The position numbers and the translations under genes are program-made. 64,000 nucleotides of DNA, from the NCBI GenBank assembly GCA_964550165.1, contig CAZJYC010000004.1:2795-66794 (forward strand). Direction: 5' to 3'. The notes below the pieces were generated by a model, which ran no database searches, had not been told where the DNA came from, and worked only from the letters and a program-made list of their open reading frames with translations. This document shows positions 37,845 through 47,437 of this stretch, one piece after another. The DNA is from an uncultured Eubacteriales bacterium. Lineage in GTDB: Bacteria > Acidobacteriota > Aminicenantia > Aminicenantales > Aminicenantaceae. Position 1 is the first letter of the stretch. Every line of letters starts with the position of its first letter.

Positions 37845-38651
37845 TTGAAAAGGAAGCCTGCCGTAAGCGGCTATTTCTATCCTTCAAGAGCCGATGACCT
37901 CAAAAAAATGATTGAGCGCATGGTAGGCCCAAAACAGGAAAAAGAAAAGGCAATTGGCGTGGTCTCGCCTCATGCCGGCTTCGAATACTCAGGGCCTGTT
38001 GCCGGCGCCGTTTTCTCCTCTGTCCGCTTGCCTGAGAGGTTTGTCATCCTCGGCCCCAGCCACAGGGCCACACAATCCCGCTTGGCAATCATGAAGGAAG
38101 GAGTCTGGGAAACGCCTCTGGGCCAAGTTCAAATTGACTCTAGGCTTGCAGAGCTCATTGCCAAGCATTCCGGTCTTGTCAAAGATGATGATGTCGCGCA
38201 TCTTCATGAGCATTCCCTCGAGGTTCAGCTCCCTTTTATCCAGTACTTCAGGAAAGATATTTCTATCGTCCCGATCTGCATTTCTTATCACGCCACATTC
38301 GATGACCTCCAGGAGCTGGGAAAAGCCGTTGCCTTTGCTATCCAAGAAGTCAAGGAAGAGGTGATGATTGTCGCCAGCACCGATATGAGTCATTATGTGG
38401 ATCAAAAAACGGCCCGAAAAAAAGACTTTTTGGCCATTGAGAAAATCCTTCAGCTAGACGCCAGAGGCCTTTACGATGTCGTGCAGGAAGAGGATATCAG
38501 TATGTGCGGCTTTCAGCCCACGAGCTCTGCGATTATTGCTTCCAAGGAACTGGGTGCGAAAAAAGCCTTTCTCGTCAAATACCAGACTTCAGGAGATGTC
38601 ACCGGAAATTATCACGAAGTTGTTGGCTATGCGGGGATAAGAATCAGCTGA
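37845..38651 (+). CDS. MEMO1 family / AmmeMemoRadiSam system protein B
   Basis: RKPAVSGYFYP, PHAG..YSG, GPSH, EHSLEVQLPF, ASTDMSHY, SMCG. Confidence 0.93.
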   Translation: MKRKPAVSGYFYPSRADDLKKMIERMVGPKQEKEKAIGVVSPHAGFEYSGPVAGAVFSSVRLPERFVILGPSHRATQSRLAIMKEGVWETPLGQVQIDSRLAELIAKHSGLVKDDDVAHLHEHSLEVQLPFIQYFRKDISIVPICISYHATFDDLQELGKAVAFAIQEVKEEVMIVASTDMSHYVDQKTARKKDFLAIEKILQLDARGLYDVVQEEDISMCGFQPTSSAIIASKELGAKKAFLVKYQTSGDVTGNYHEVVGYAGIRIS

Positions 38652-38870
38652 AAGAGTTCTGTCCCATACTTCACAATTTCCGTCTCCTTTGAATGTCATA
38701 GCCCTTTGCTCTCCCCTAGCTGGAAAGGTCTGCAAAAGCATTTATAAACCCTTTTTTTTATCACAGAATTGTAAAATGCTAACCATGTCCGGGAATCATC
38801 CTAAATCCGTTGTCCATAACATGATGTTGCTTCGTGGAGAATAAGATCCTTGCCCATGTCTCGCTTTTCA

Positions 38871-38900
38871 TTGACAATATTAAAGATTTAATGCTATAAA
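38871..38900 (+). promoter_or_regulatory. hrcA operon promoter candidate
   Basis: TTGACA-18-TATAAA with extended -10 TG. Confidence 0.6.
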
Positions 38901-38915
38901 TTTTTTCTAGAAAAA

Positions 38916-39959
38916 ATGCGTGTCTCCAACCTGAGAGAGAAAGATAAGCAGATCCTCAATTTGATTGTTGAGACCTACCTAAGAAACAGAAAACCAATCA
39001 GTTCAGGATCCATTGCTCAAATAAGCCCTCTTTCTGTCTCGCCGGCTACTGTCAGAAATATCATGGCTAAACTGGAAAAGCGTGAGCTCCTCTATCAGCC
39101 GCACACATCTGCCGGCCGCATACCGACGGATAAAGGTTTGAGATTTTACGTCAACAGTCTCCTCTCCGAGACTCTTGTTCTCGAAAAACAGCTGGATCTT
39201 CCCGCAACAGATTTTTCTTACAACAGGGGAGACTTCAACACACTCCTCAACGAGGTCTCAAACACTCTGGCAGAATACTCGGACAATTTAGGATTTGTCC
39301 TTTATCCGAGGATTTCCAGGATAAATTTCCGACACGTCCGTTTTATCAGGATTTCTGAAGACAAGGTTATGATTATCCTAGTGATAACATCTAACTTTGT
39401 TCTAACAGAAATTTTCCGGACAGACACCTATTTCACGCAGGTTGAGCTCGACAAAGCCTCTCAGTATATCAACCAGAGTTTTTCTGGCAAAAATTTTATC
39501 TTTGTGCGGGATTATCTTTTGAATGAGCTGCCCAGATACAAAGCCAAATATGAAATAATGACTAACAGGTTGATAAGCCTTCTCAAATCTTATCTCACTC
39601 AAGAAGAACATGGAAGCCAGATATTTTTTCAGGGAGCACCGAAGCTTATAGAAAAACATGAGCTCTTCGAGATAGAAAGCCTAAAGTCACTCTTTCAAAA
39701 TTTTGAGGAAAAGGCGAAGCTAGCCAAGCTCCTTTCTGACTTCATCAGTCTTGACAGAGTCAAAGTTTTGATCGGCTCTGAGTTGAACATCCCCGATATC
39801 CCGGATATCTCTCTCGTTCTTTCCCATTATGGAGACCGCAACCAGATTCTTGGCTCCTTAGGCATTATCGGGCCAAAAATAATCCCCTATCGAAAAATCA
39901 TTCCCTTAGTGGATTGTGTTGCCAAAAGATTGACACAAACCATCAGCTTCAATCCATGA
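38916..39959 (+). CDS. hrcA: Heat-inducible transcription repressor HrcA
   Basis: PISS, SPATVRNIMAKLE, QPHTSAGRIPTDKGLRFYV, LIGSE, LGIIGP. Confidence 0.96.
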   Translation: MRVSNLREKDKQILNLIVETYLRNRKPISSGSIAQISPLSVSPATVRNIMAKLEKRELLYQPHTSAGRIPTDKGLRFYVNSLLSETLVLEKQLDLPATDFSYNRGDFNTLLNEVSNTLAEYSDNLGFVLYPRISRINFRHVRFIRISEDKVMIILVITSNFVLTEIFRTDTYFTQVELDKASQYINQSFSGKNFIFVRDYLLNELPRYKAKYEIMTNRLISLLKSYLTQEEHGSQIFFQGAPKLIEKHELFEIESLKSLFQNFEEKAKLAKLLSDFISLDRVKVLIGSELNIPDIPDISLVLSHYGDRNQILGSLGIIGPKIIPYRKIIPLVDCVAKRLTQTISFNP

Positions 39960-39970
39960 GAGGAGGAAGA

Positions 39971-40612
39971 ATGAAAAAGAACTCTGAAACAAAGCCTCCT
40001 GAGGAAAAAAAAGAGGCAATAGAACAAGAAGCTGAAAGTCTAAACGACTCGGAGCCTGTGGGTCTAAGGGAAGTCGAAGAGCAAAAGGAGCAGAAAGAGC
40101 ACAAGGAAACACATGATAAGGCCAAAATTTTAAAAGATAAACTGAAGAAAAGAGACTTAGAAATCAAAGCGCTCAAACTGGAGATTGAAAAGTTTAAAGA
40201 TGACTACTTGAGAGCCCTGGCAGAAATGGAAAATCTCAAGAAAAGATTAGAGCGGGAAAAGACAGACTATTATCAGTATGCCCTTTCCGATTTTTTAAGA
40301 GAGCTCTTTGTTGTTCTGGATAATTTTGAAAGGGCTCTGGAAACCAGAGATGAGGGCAACGGCAAGAGCTTCCGTGAAGGTGTCGATATGATCTATAAAC
40401 AATTTTTAGACCTTTTGCTCAAACAAGGCATTACTCCCATAGAAATCAAGGATAAAAAATTTGACCCGAATCTCCATCAGGCCTTTATCACCGTTGAATC
40501 GGAAGAGGTTAAGGAGCCTGAGGTTATAGAGGAATTGCGAAAAGGGTACACCCTTTATAAAAGGCTTCTCCGTCCTGCTCTTGTCAAAGTGGCTGTACCC
40601 AAAAAAGAGTAA
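39971..40612 (+). CDS. grpE: Nucleotide exchange factor GrpE
   Basis: RBS GAGGAGG; LRALAEMENLKKR, LDNFERAL, FDPNLHQA, GYTLYKRLLRPALVKV. Confidence 0.96.
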   Translation: MKKNSETKPPEEKKEAIEQEAESLNDSEPVGLREVEEQKEQKEHKETHDKAKILKDKLKKRDLEIKALKLEIEKFKDDYLRALAEMENLKKRLEREKTDYYQYALSDFLRELFVVLDNFERALETRDEGNGKSFREGVDMIYKQFLDLLLKQGITPIEIKDKKFDPNLHQAFITVESEEVKEPEVIEELRKGYTLYKRLLRPALVKVAVPKKE

Positions 40613-40617
40613 AAAAC

Positions 40618-42201
40618 ATGGGCTATATAATTGGAGTTGACTTAGGGACAACGTTTTCCTGTATTGCCTATTTAGAAGGCGAAGAGCCAAAAGTTATTCC
40701 AAATCTGGATGGCATGCCGACCACGCCTTCCATTGTCAGTTTCACCAGCACAGGAGAAAAACTCATCGGAAACCTAGCCTTAAGGCAGGCCATCACCAAT
40801 CCTGAAAACACGGTATCCGCCATCAAAAGACTCATAGGCAAAAAATTCGACTCAGAAGAGGTGAAGGAAACCATCAGGAGAATGCCCTACAAATTAGTCG
40901 AAGCAGAAAATGGCGATGTCATGGTGGAAATAAATTCCAAGAAGATCAGCCCTCAAGAAATTTCGGCCATGATCCTGGGCTACTTGAAGAAATGTGCGGA
41001 ATCTTATTTTGGGGAAGAAGTGAATGAAGCTATTATCACCGTGCCTGCGAATTTTAACGACCATCAGAGAAAAGCGACTCGCGATGCAGCTGAAATTGCT
41101 GGCTTAGCCCCTCTGCGTATTATCAATGAGCCCACGTCCGCCAGTTTGGCCTATGGATTTAACATGCGAAAGAATGCAACCATTGCTGTTTTTGATTTAG
41201 GGGGAGGGACGTTTGATATCACCTTGATGGAGGTTAATGAAGGCATCTTCCATGTTTTAGCCACAAACGGAAATTCTTATCTTGGCGGAGAGGATTTCGA
41301 TAACCGCATTGTCCAGTGGCTGCTCGAAGATTTCCAAAAGGAAACCCATGTCGATTTATCCAAGAATAAGCTGGCCCTCCAGCGCATCAAAGAGGCTGCA
41401 GAAAAGACAAAACGGGCGCTTTCTTTCACCTTAGAAAGCGAAATCAATCTTCCTTTCATCTATTCAGACGCAAGCGGTTCGAAGCACATCAAAAAAAATC
41501 TCGAGAGGGAGAAACTGGAGGAGATGACAAAAGATCTGATTGCCGCAACCTTCCCTTACATCGAGAAAGCGCTCCAAGACAGCCACCTAACGCCAAAAGA
41601 TATCGATGAAGTCATCATAGTCGGTGGGCAAACCAGAATGCCGTTGGTTAAGATAATGATTTCGGATTTTTTCGGCAAAGAACCCATCGGAAATATTAAT
41701 CCCGACGAAATTGTGGCCATGGGAGCGGCTATTCAATCAGGAATCATAAGAGGAAAAATCACAGAACCTATCCTCCTCCTTGATGTCACATCCCATTCCT
41801 TGGGAATTGAGACAGAAAACGACACTTTCAACAGAATTATCGGGAGAAACACAACAATTCCAACCAGAAGGACTCGCTCCTTCACGACAGTCGAACACAA
41901 CCAGCCCAGAGTGAGGATCCATGTCCTCCAAGGAGAGAATGACACGGCCTCTGAAAATATATCTTTAGCTTACTTTGATTTGGTAGGAATTGAGCGCGCG
42001 CCCGCCGGTGTCCCCAGGATTGATGTCACTTTCGAAATAGACGCTGACGGAATTGTTAAAGTTTTTGCCAAAGATGTCGATACAGGCATAGAACAGAAAG
42101 TTGAAGTCAAACCTTCATCAGGCCTGTCCAAAGAGCAGATACATAAAATCGCCGACAGAATCCAGACCGATGAGTCCAAAGCAGAGAAAGAGAATAAATG
42201 A
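40618..42201 (+). CDS. dnaK: Second Hsp70/DnaK paralogue lacking the C-terminal helical lid (527 aa)
   Basis: [38 protein letters not shown]-beta present; ends just after SGLSKEQI. Confidence 0.92.
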   Translation: MGYIIGVDLGTTFSCIAYLEGEEPKVIPNLDGMPTTPSIVSFTSTGEKLIGNLALRQAITNPENTVSAIKRLIGKKFDSEEVKETIRRMPYKLVEAENGDVMVEINSKKISPQEISAMILGYLKKCAESYFGEEVNEAIITVPANFNDHQRKATRDAAEIAGLAPLRIINEPTSASLAYGFNMRKNATIAVFDLGGGTFDITLMEVNEGIFHVLATNGNSYLGGEDFDNRIVQWLLEDFQKETHVDLSKNKLALQRIKEAAEKTKRALSFTLESEINLPFIYSDASGSKHIKKNLEREKLEEMTKDLIAATFPYIEKALQDSHLTPKDIDEVIIVGGQTRMPLVKIMISDFFGKEPIGNINPDEIVAMGAAIQSGIIRGKITEPILLLDVTSHSLGIETENDTFNRIIGRNTTIPTRRTRSFTTVEHNQPRVRIHVLQGENDTASENISLAYFDLVGIERAPAGVPRIDVTFEIDADGIVKVFAKDVDTGIEQKVEVKPSSGLSKEQIHKIADRIQTDESKAEKENK

Positions 42202-43331
42202 CAAAAAGAGACTACTACGAAATACTTGGCCTCAGCCAAAATGCGACTTCAGAAGAGATAAAAAAGGCTTACCGTCAGATGGCCCTCAAATATCATCCAG
42301 ACAGGAACCCTGACAATAAAGATGCCGAAGAGAAGTTTAAAGAAGCCGCAGAGGCATACAGTGTTCTCATCGATACACAAAAGAGGTCTGTCTATGATCG
42401 CTTCGGCCACGACGGATTGAGGGGTGAGGGATACAGCGGCTTTACAGGCTTCAACTCTTCCATCTTCGAGGATTTCGAGGATATTCTGGGGAATTTCTTC
42501 AATTTTGGCTTCGGAGATCTATTCGGAACTCGACAAAGAGCGCGAACGTACTATCCTAAGAAAGGGAGAGACTTGGCTTTAGAGCTTGATCTCACTTTGG
42601 ACGAGGTTGCTTTCGGCGCAGAGAGAGAAATCAAGCTCAACCGACTCGACCTCTGTCCAGTCTGCAAGGGAACGAGGCTCCAACCCGGAACTCAAAAAAC
42701 GGTCTGCCGGGCCTGCCAAGGAAAGGGACAGATTCGCTACCAGCAGGGATTTTTCACAATCTCACGCACCTGTTCGCATTGCGGGGGGATGGGCGAAACG
42801 ATCACCACACCTTGCCCAGAGTGCCGCGGCTCAGGAAAGATTCGGAAAAAGAAAACTTTGACGGTCAAAATCCCGGCCGGTGTTGACGATGGGACAAGAC
42901 TCAGGATTGCCGGAGAAGGAGAAGCGGGGGACGCAGGAGCGGCCAAAGGAGACCTCTATGTGGTTATCCGGTTGAGGGAGCATGAGTTTTTTAAAAGGGA
43001 AGGGAACAATCTTTATTGTCAAGTCACAATATTCTTTACCCACGCAGCCTTGGGAACTTCAATCAGAATCCCTACCCTGGAAGGCGAGGAAGTTCTCAAA
43101 ATTCCGGCAGGGACTCAGCCAGGAGAAGTCTTCCGTATAAAAGGCAGAGGTATAAGAAACCTCGAAGGCCACGGAAAAGGAGACTTATACGTTAAAATCA
43201 ATATCAAAGTTCCTGAGAATTTATCCAGAGAACAAAAAGGCCTGCTTCAAAAATTCGCAGAATCTCGGGGGGAAAAGCTTGAAGAGCTGAATAAGAGCAT
43301 TTTCAATAAGGTCAAAAATATCATTCATTAG
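42198..43331 (+). CDS. dnaJ: Co-chaperone DnaJ (class A)
   Basis: HPD, G/F region with DIL, four CxxCxGxG repeats. Confidence 0.96.
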   Translation: MTKRDYYEILGLSQNATSEEIKKAYRQMALKYHPDRNPDNKDAEEKFKEAAEAYSVLIDTQKRSVYDRFGHDGLRGEGYSGFTGFNSSIFEDFEDILGNFFNFGFGDLFGTRQRARTYYPKKGRDLALELDLTLDEVAFGAEREIKLNRLDLCPVCKGTRLQPGTQKTVCRACQGKGQIRYQQGFFTISRTCSHCGGMGETITTPCPECRGSGKIRKKKTLTVKIPAGVDDGTRLRIAGEGEAGDAGAAKGDLYVVIRLREHEFFKREGNNLYCQVTIFFTHAALGTSIRIPTLEGEEVLKIPAGTQPGEVFRIKGRGIRNLEGHGKGDLYVKINIKVPENLSREQKGLLQKFAESRGEKLEELNKSIFNKVKNIIH

Positions 43332-43338
43332 AGCTAGG

Positions 43339-44091
43339 TTGACATCCAATCGCTTTTTCATCGACCAAAAAAACCTGAAATCCTCAACCGTCATTCTTTA
43401 TGGGGAGGAGCATCACCATTTGAGCCGCGTGGCCAGAATCAAGCCCAAAGAGACAGTCTGGCTCTTTGATGGTGCTGGCACAAGTTATTTGGCTCGCGTG
43501 ACAGAGATCACACGAGACCATACACGGTTAGCCATCCTCGAAAAGCTGGAAAAAGAGGGCCCCAAGCTCAGCATAACTCTTGCCCAGGCCCTCATAAAAT
43601 CCAAGAACATGGACATCATCATTCAGAAAGCGACAGAGCTGGGCGTAACAAAGATTATCCCTGTCATTACAGCGCGGAGTGTGGTAAGAGTCGAGGGAAA
43701 GATCGAAGGGAAAATGGAAAGGTGGGGAAAGATTGCACAGGAAGCCGCCAAACAAAGCCGAAGTTCTTTTATTCCTTCCATACTCACTCCGATGCATCTC
43801 GAGACGCTGATAAGGGAAAGGAAAGAAGAGAAAAAATTTCTTCTGAGCGAAAAAAAAGGGAAATATCTCAGAGACTTTTTAATCCAGAATTCCGCATCAG
43901 GACTTCATCGAACAAAGGCCCCATCATCGGTGCTTCTCCTCATCGGCCCGGAAGGAGGTTGGACAGCAGAAGAAGAGGAAAACGCTCTGAGTCACGGATA
44001 TGAAGCTGTAAGCCTCGGCAAGGCCATTCTAAAAACGGAGACAGCGGCCATCTCCAGCCTGTCCTTAATCTCTCACTTCTGGAATTTATAA
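43339..44091 (+). CDS. rsmE: 16S rRNA m3U1498 methyltransferase
   Basis: HHHLSRVARI, QKATELGV, EAAKQS, IGPEGGW, LGKAILKTETAA. Confidence 0.95.
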   Translation: MTSNRFFIDQKNLKSSTVILYGEEHHHLSRVARIKPKETVWLFDGAGTSYLARVTEITRDHTRLAILEKLEKEGPKLSITLAQALIKSKNMDIIIQKATELGVTKIIPVITARSVVRVEGKIEGKMERWGKIAQEAAKQSRSSFIPSILTPMHLETLIRERKEEKKFLLSEKKGKYLRDFLIQNSASGLHRTKAPSSVLLLIGPEGGWTAEEEENALSHGYEAVSLGKAILKTETAAISSLSLISHFWNL

Positions 44092-44092
44092 A

Positions 44093-45028
44093 ATGTTTCT
44101 TCAGGGTCAGAAAGTCGGAAAATACGAGATACTCCGCTCGCTGGGCAGCGGCGGTTTTGGTTCTGTGTTTCTGGCGCGCGACACATGGCTCGATATCAAA
44201 GTGGCGATCAAGGTTCCCCATAAGCAATCTTTAGAGCTTTATAAACTTCTCAAAGAACCGAGACTTCAAGCTGCTTTAAATCATCCGAATATTGTCCGGA
44301 TGATTGCCGCCGAGAAGGAAAACAAAGTCTTTTTTATGGTGATGGAGTTTGTGAAAGGGAAAACCCTTGAAAAAATCCTGGAGAAAGAAAAAGCTTTTGA
44401 CTTTGAAAGCTCTATCGATTACATCACCCAGATTTCCTACGGTGTGGACCATGCCCATAACAACAAAATCATTCACAGGGACCTGAGACCGTCCAACATC
44501 ATGATTTCAGAGGAGGGGACGGCAAAAATAACGGATTTTGGAACTTCAGCTTGGCTGAACAATCTCTCCTATGCCTCAACTCGAATTGGCTCTCCTCCTT
44601 ACATGGCGCCAGAACAATTCTTAGGAAAGGCTGTTTTCTGCTCGGACATATACTCGATCGGTTGCATATTCTATGAAATGCTTATCGGCCAGCCTCCTCT
44701 CATCGACCCCGATCCTTTCAAGATACTGGAAAAAGCCCAACAGCGAAAGATCCGTCCGCCTCGATTGCTCAACAGCAAGATTCCCAAAGTGATCGACGAA
44801 ATTATCATGAAATGCCTCGCTTATAAAGTTGAAGAAAGATACCAAAAGCCTTCTGAAATTATAAGGCAGCTTGCCACCTTCAAGGGAAAAAGTTCTAAGA
44901 AAACCGAAATCGAAGACATCATGGGAAGGATCAAGGCAAGAGAAAGAACTACGATGATCTGCTGGAATTGCCGGCGACCCCTTCCCTATAAAGCCAGAAA
45001 TTGTCCACACTGTGGAGAACCGGTCTGA
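44093..45028 (+). CDS. Soluble Hanks-type Ser/Thr protein kinase with C-terminal zinc ribbon
   Basis: GSGGFG, VAIK, HRDLRPSN, DFG, YMAPE; CWNC...CPHCG; no TM segment. Confidence 0.93.
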   Translation: MFLQGQKVGKYEILRSLGSGGFGSVFLARDTWLDIKVAIKVPHKQSLELYKLLKEPRLQAALNHPNIVRMIAAEKENKVFFMVMEFVKGKTLEKILEKEKAFDFESSIDYITQISYGVDHAHNNKIIHRDLRPSNIMISEEGTAKITDFGTSAWLNNLSYASTRIGSPPYMAPEQFLGKAVFCSDIYSIGCIFYEMLIGQPPLIDPDPFKILEKAQQRKIRPPRLLNSKIPKVIDEIIMKCLAYKVEERYQKPSEIIRQLATFKGKSSKKTEIEDIMGRIKARERTTMICWNCRRPLPYKARNCPHCGEPV

Positions 45029-45044
45029 GAACAATTAAGCCATT

Positions 45045-45230
45045 TTAGACGGCGTGCCTTTGAGCCAATCTGCCTGAGCCTTCCACACGATTTTCTCACC
45101 GTTTAGCCTCCCCGGGGAATCTCTTCAAGAGCGAACGCCGAAGGCTAAATCCTCGATGGTTGCTATGGCTCTCCCCCAAAATCTTCGGATATTCATGAAG
45201 CAATCTTTTATCTCAGAATTGAAAATGGAA
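45045..45230. repeat. Partial long-form copy of the dispersed repeat
   Basis: Reverse complement aligns with about 52970-53105; its right end carries the terminal module seen at 1-60. Confidence 0.8.
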
Positions 45231-45332
45231 ACATAGGATTCAGAAGTTTGACTTGGCTAGACAATTAAGATAATATGGAGTTCCTGTTTTATAATTTTTA
45301 TTATCATAACTACTATTTAACAGGAGTCATGA

Positions 45333-46265
45333 ATGAGCCCATTTAATGAAAAAAGCGGCATGGTCTGGATGAACGGAAAGCTCGTGCCTTGGAGTAAAGC
45401 TCATATTCATATCGCTTCTCACGTTATCCACTACGCAAGCTCTCTTTTTGAAGGTTTCCGGGCTTATAAGACAGCGAAAGGCACAGTCATTTTCCGGATG
45501 GACGCTCATATCAAAAGACTTTACAACTCTTGCAAGATGTACCGCATGGACATTCCTTACTCACAGGAAGAATTCATGGATGCTGTCATCGAAACAATCA
45601 AAGTCAACAACCTCGAAGCCTGCTACATCCGGCCCATCGTCTACCGGGGCTATGGGTCTTTAGGAGTCGATCCTTTTCCGAATCCAATTGACTGTGCTAT
45701 ACTTGTCTGGGAATGGGGAAAATACCTTGGAGAAGAAGCTTTGGAGAATGGCGTGGACGTTAAGGTTTCTACTTGGCAGAGGATGGCGCCCAATACCTTC
45801 CCGGCTTTGGCCAAGTCTGGAGCCAACTACATGAATTCTCAGCTGATAAAAACCGAAGCCATTCTAGAAGGCTATGTGGAAGGAATCGCCCTCAACGTCA
45901 GAGGTCATATCTCTGAAGGGAGCGGAGAGAATATTTTTCTGGTGATGGAAGGAATCCTTCATACACCCCCTCTATCCTCATCCATTCTCCCTGGAATCAC
46001 GCGGAACACGGTGATTCGACTGGCCAAGGAAATGGGCTTGCCGCTGGTAGAAGAGACAATCCCCAGGGAGATGCTTTATATAGCGGATGAGGTCTTTTTC
46101 ACCGGTTCGGCCGCAGAAATCACACCCATTCGCTCTATCGATAAAATAATCATCGGTGACGGCAGGCGCGGCCCGATCGCCAAGGCCCTTCAGGATGAAT
46201 TTTTCGCCTACATCAACGGAGAAAAAGAGGACAGACACAATTGGCTGACATACATAAATCCATAA
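45333..46265 (+). CDS. ilvE: Branched-chain amino acid aminotransferase
   Basis: [51 protein letters not shown]. Confidence 0.96.
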   Translation: MSPFNEKSGMVWMNGKLVPWSKAHIHIASHVIHYASSLFEGFRAYKTAKGTVIFRMDAHIKRLYNSCKMYRMDIPYSQEEFMDAVIETIKVNNLEACYIRPIVYRGYGSLGVDPFPNPIDCAILVWEWGKYLGEEALENGVDVKVSTWQRMAPNTFPALAKSGANYMNSQLIKTEAILEGYVEGIALNVRGHISEGSGENIFLVMEGILHTPPLSSSILPGITRNTVIRLAKEMGLPLVEETIPREMLYIADEVFFTGSAAEITPIRSIDKIIIGDGRRGPIAKALQDEFFAYINGEKEDRHNWLTYINP

Positions 46266-46282
46266 TATAAGGGGTTGAAACA

Positions 46283-47437
46283 ATGAAAATAGACGAACTT
46301 TTAAAAATCGCGATTGAAAGTGATGCTTCTGACCTCCATTTGAAATCGGGCAATCATCCTCTTATTCGCATCAACGGCATTCTCAGGCCGTTGACGTCCT
46401 TTCCAAGATTAACGGCTGCTATGACTCAGGCCCTTGCCGATCAGATCATGACCAGCTCCCAGAAGAGCATCTTGGAAGAGGATCTCGATATCGATTTGGC
46501 CTACAGTTTTCCAGGGTTTGGCAGATTCAGAGGAAATATTTTTCGCCAAAGGGGGTCCATTACGGTTGCTTTGAGAATCATTCCGCTCGAACCCAAATCC
46601 ATCAAAGACCTGCTCTTGCCTGAATCTCTGGAAATGATCTCTCTCGAACAGAGAGGCTTGGTTATCGCTACAGGGACGACAGGAAGCGGCAAGACAACAA
46701 CTCTGGCAGCCATGATTGACTATATCAACACCCACCGGACGGAAAATATCATCACCATCGAAGACCCGATCGAATATTTACACAGAGATAAAAAGAGCAC
46801 GATTTCCCAGAGAGAGGTGGGAGTGGACGTTAAAAGTTTTTCTAGAGGACTCAGGGCGGCTCTGAGAGAGGATCCTGATGTTATTCTTGTTGGCGAGATG
46901 AGAGACAAAGATACAATCGAAACAGCTCTCGTGGCGGCTGAAACCGGACACTTAGTGTTAAGCACTCTCCACACCCTGGACGCCCCAGAAACAATAAACC
47001 GAGTCGTTTCTGTCTTTCCTCCTCACAACCAGAAGCAGGTCAGATTTCAGCTGGCCAGCATCCTTAAGGCTGTCATCTCTATGAGACTTATTCCGCGAAT
47101 GGGCGGAAAGGGAAGGGTGCCAGCCGTAGAGGTAATGATTAACACTCCCTATATTCAGGAATGCATCATGAACCGGGAAAAAACACATCTTGTCAAAGAA
47201 GCGATTGAAGCTGGCGTCTCTCAGTACGGCATGCAATCCTTTGACCAGGCGATCTATCAACTTTACAAAGATAAATATATATCTTTTGAACAAGGTCTGA
47301 GATACTCCTCCAGCCCCAATAATTTCAAATTGAGAGTCGCAGGTATTCAATCTTCTTCAGATATGGCTCTTGAAGAAATGGAAACGAAGATGAGCAAAGT
47401 TCATATCGAAGAATCGGAAGAAGAAGAAAATCAATAA
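46283..47437 (+). CDS. Type IV pilus retraction ATPase, PilT/PilU family
   Basis: GTTGSGKTT, TIEDPIE, LREDPDVILVGEMRD, AETGHLVLSTLHT; the AIRNLIRE motif is not conserved. Confidence 0.92.
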   Translation: MKIDELLKIAIESDASDLHLKSGNHPLIRINGILRPLTSFPRLTAAMTQALADQIMTSSQKSILEEDLDIDLAYSFPGFGRFRGNIFRQRGSITVALRIIPLEPKSIKDLLLPESLEMISLEQRGLVIATGTTGSGKTTTLAAMIDYINTHRTENIITIEDPIEYLHRDKKSTISQREVGVDVKSFSRGLRAALREDPDVILVGEMRDKDTIETALVAAETGHLVLSTLHTLDAPETINRVVSVFPPHNQKQVRFQLASILKAVISMRLIPRMGGKGRVPAVEVMINTPYIQECIMNREKTHLVKEAIEAGVSQYGMQSFDQAIYQLYKDKYISFEQGLRYSSSPNNFKLRVAGIQSSSDMALEEMETKMSKVHIEESEEEENQ

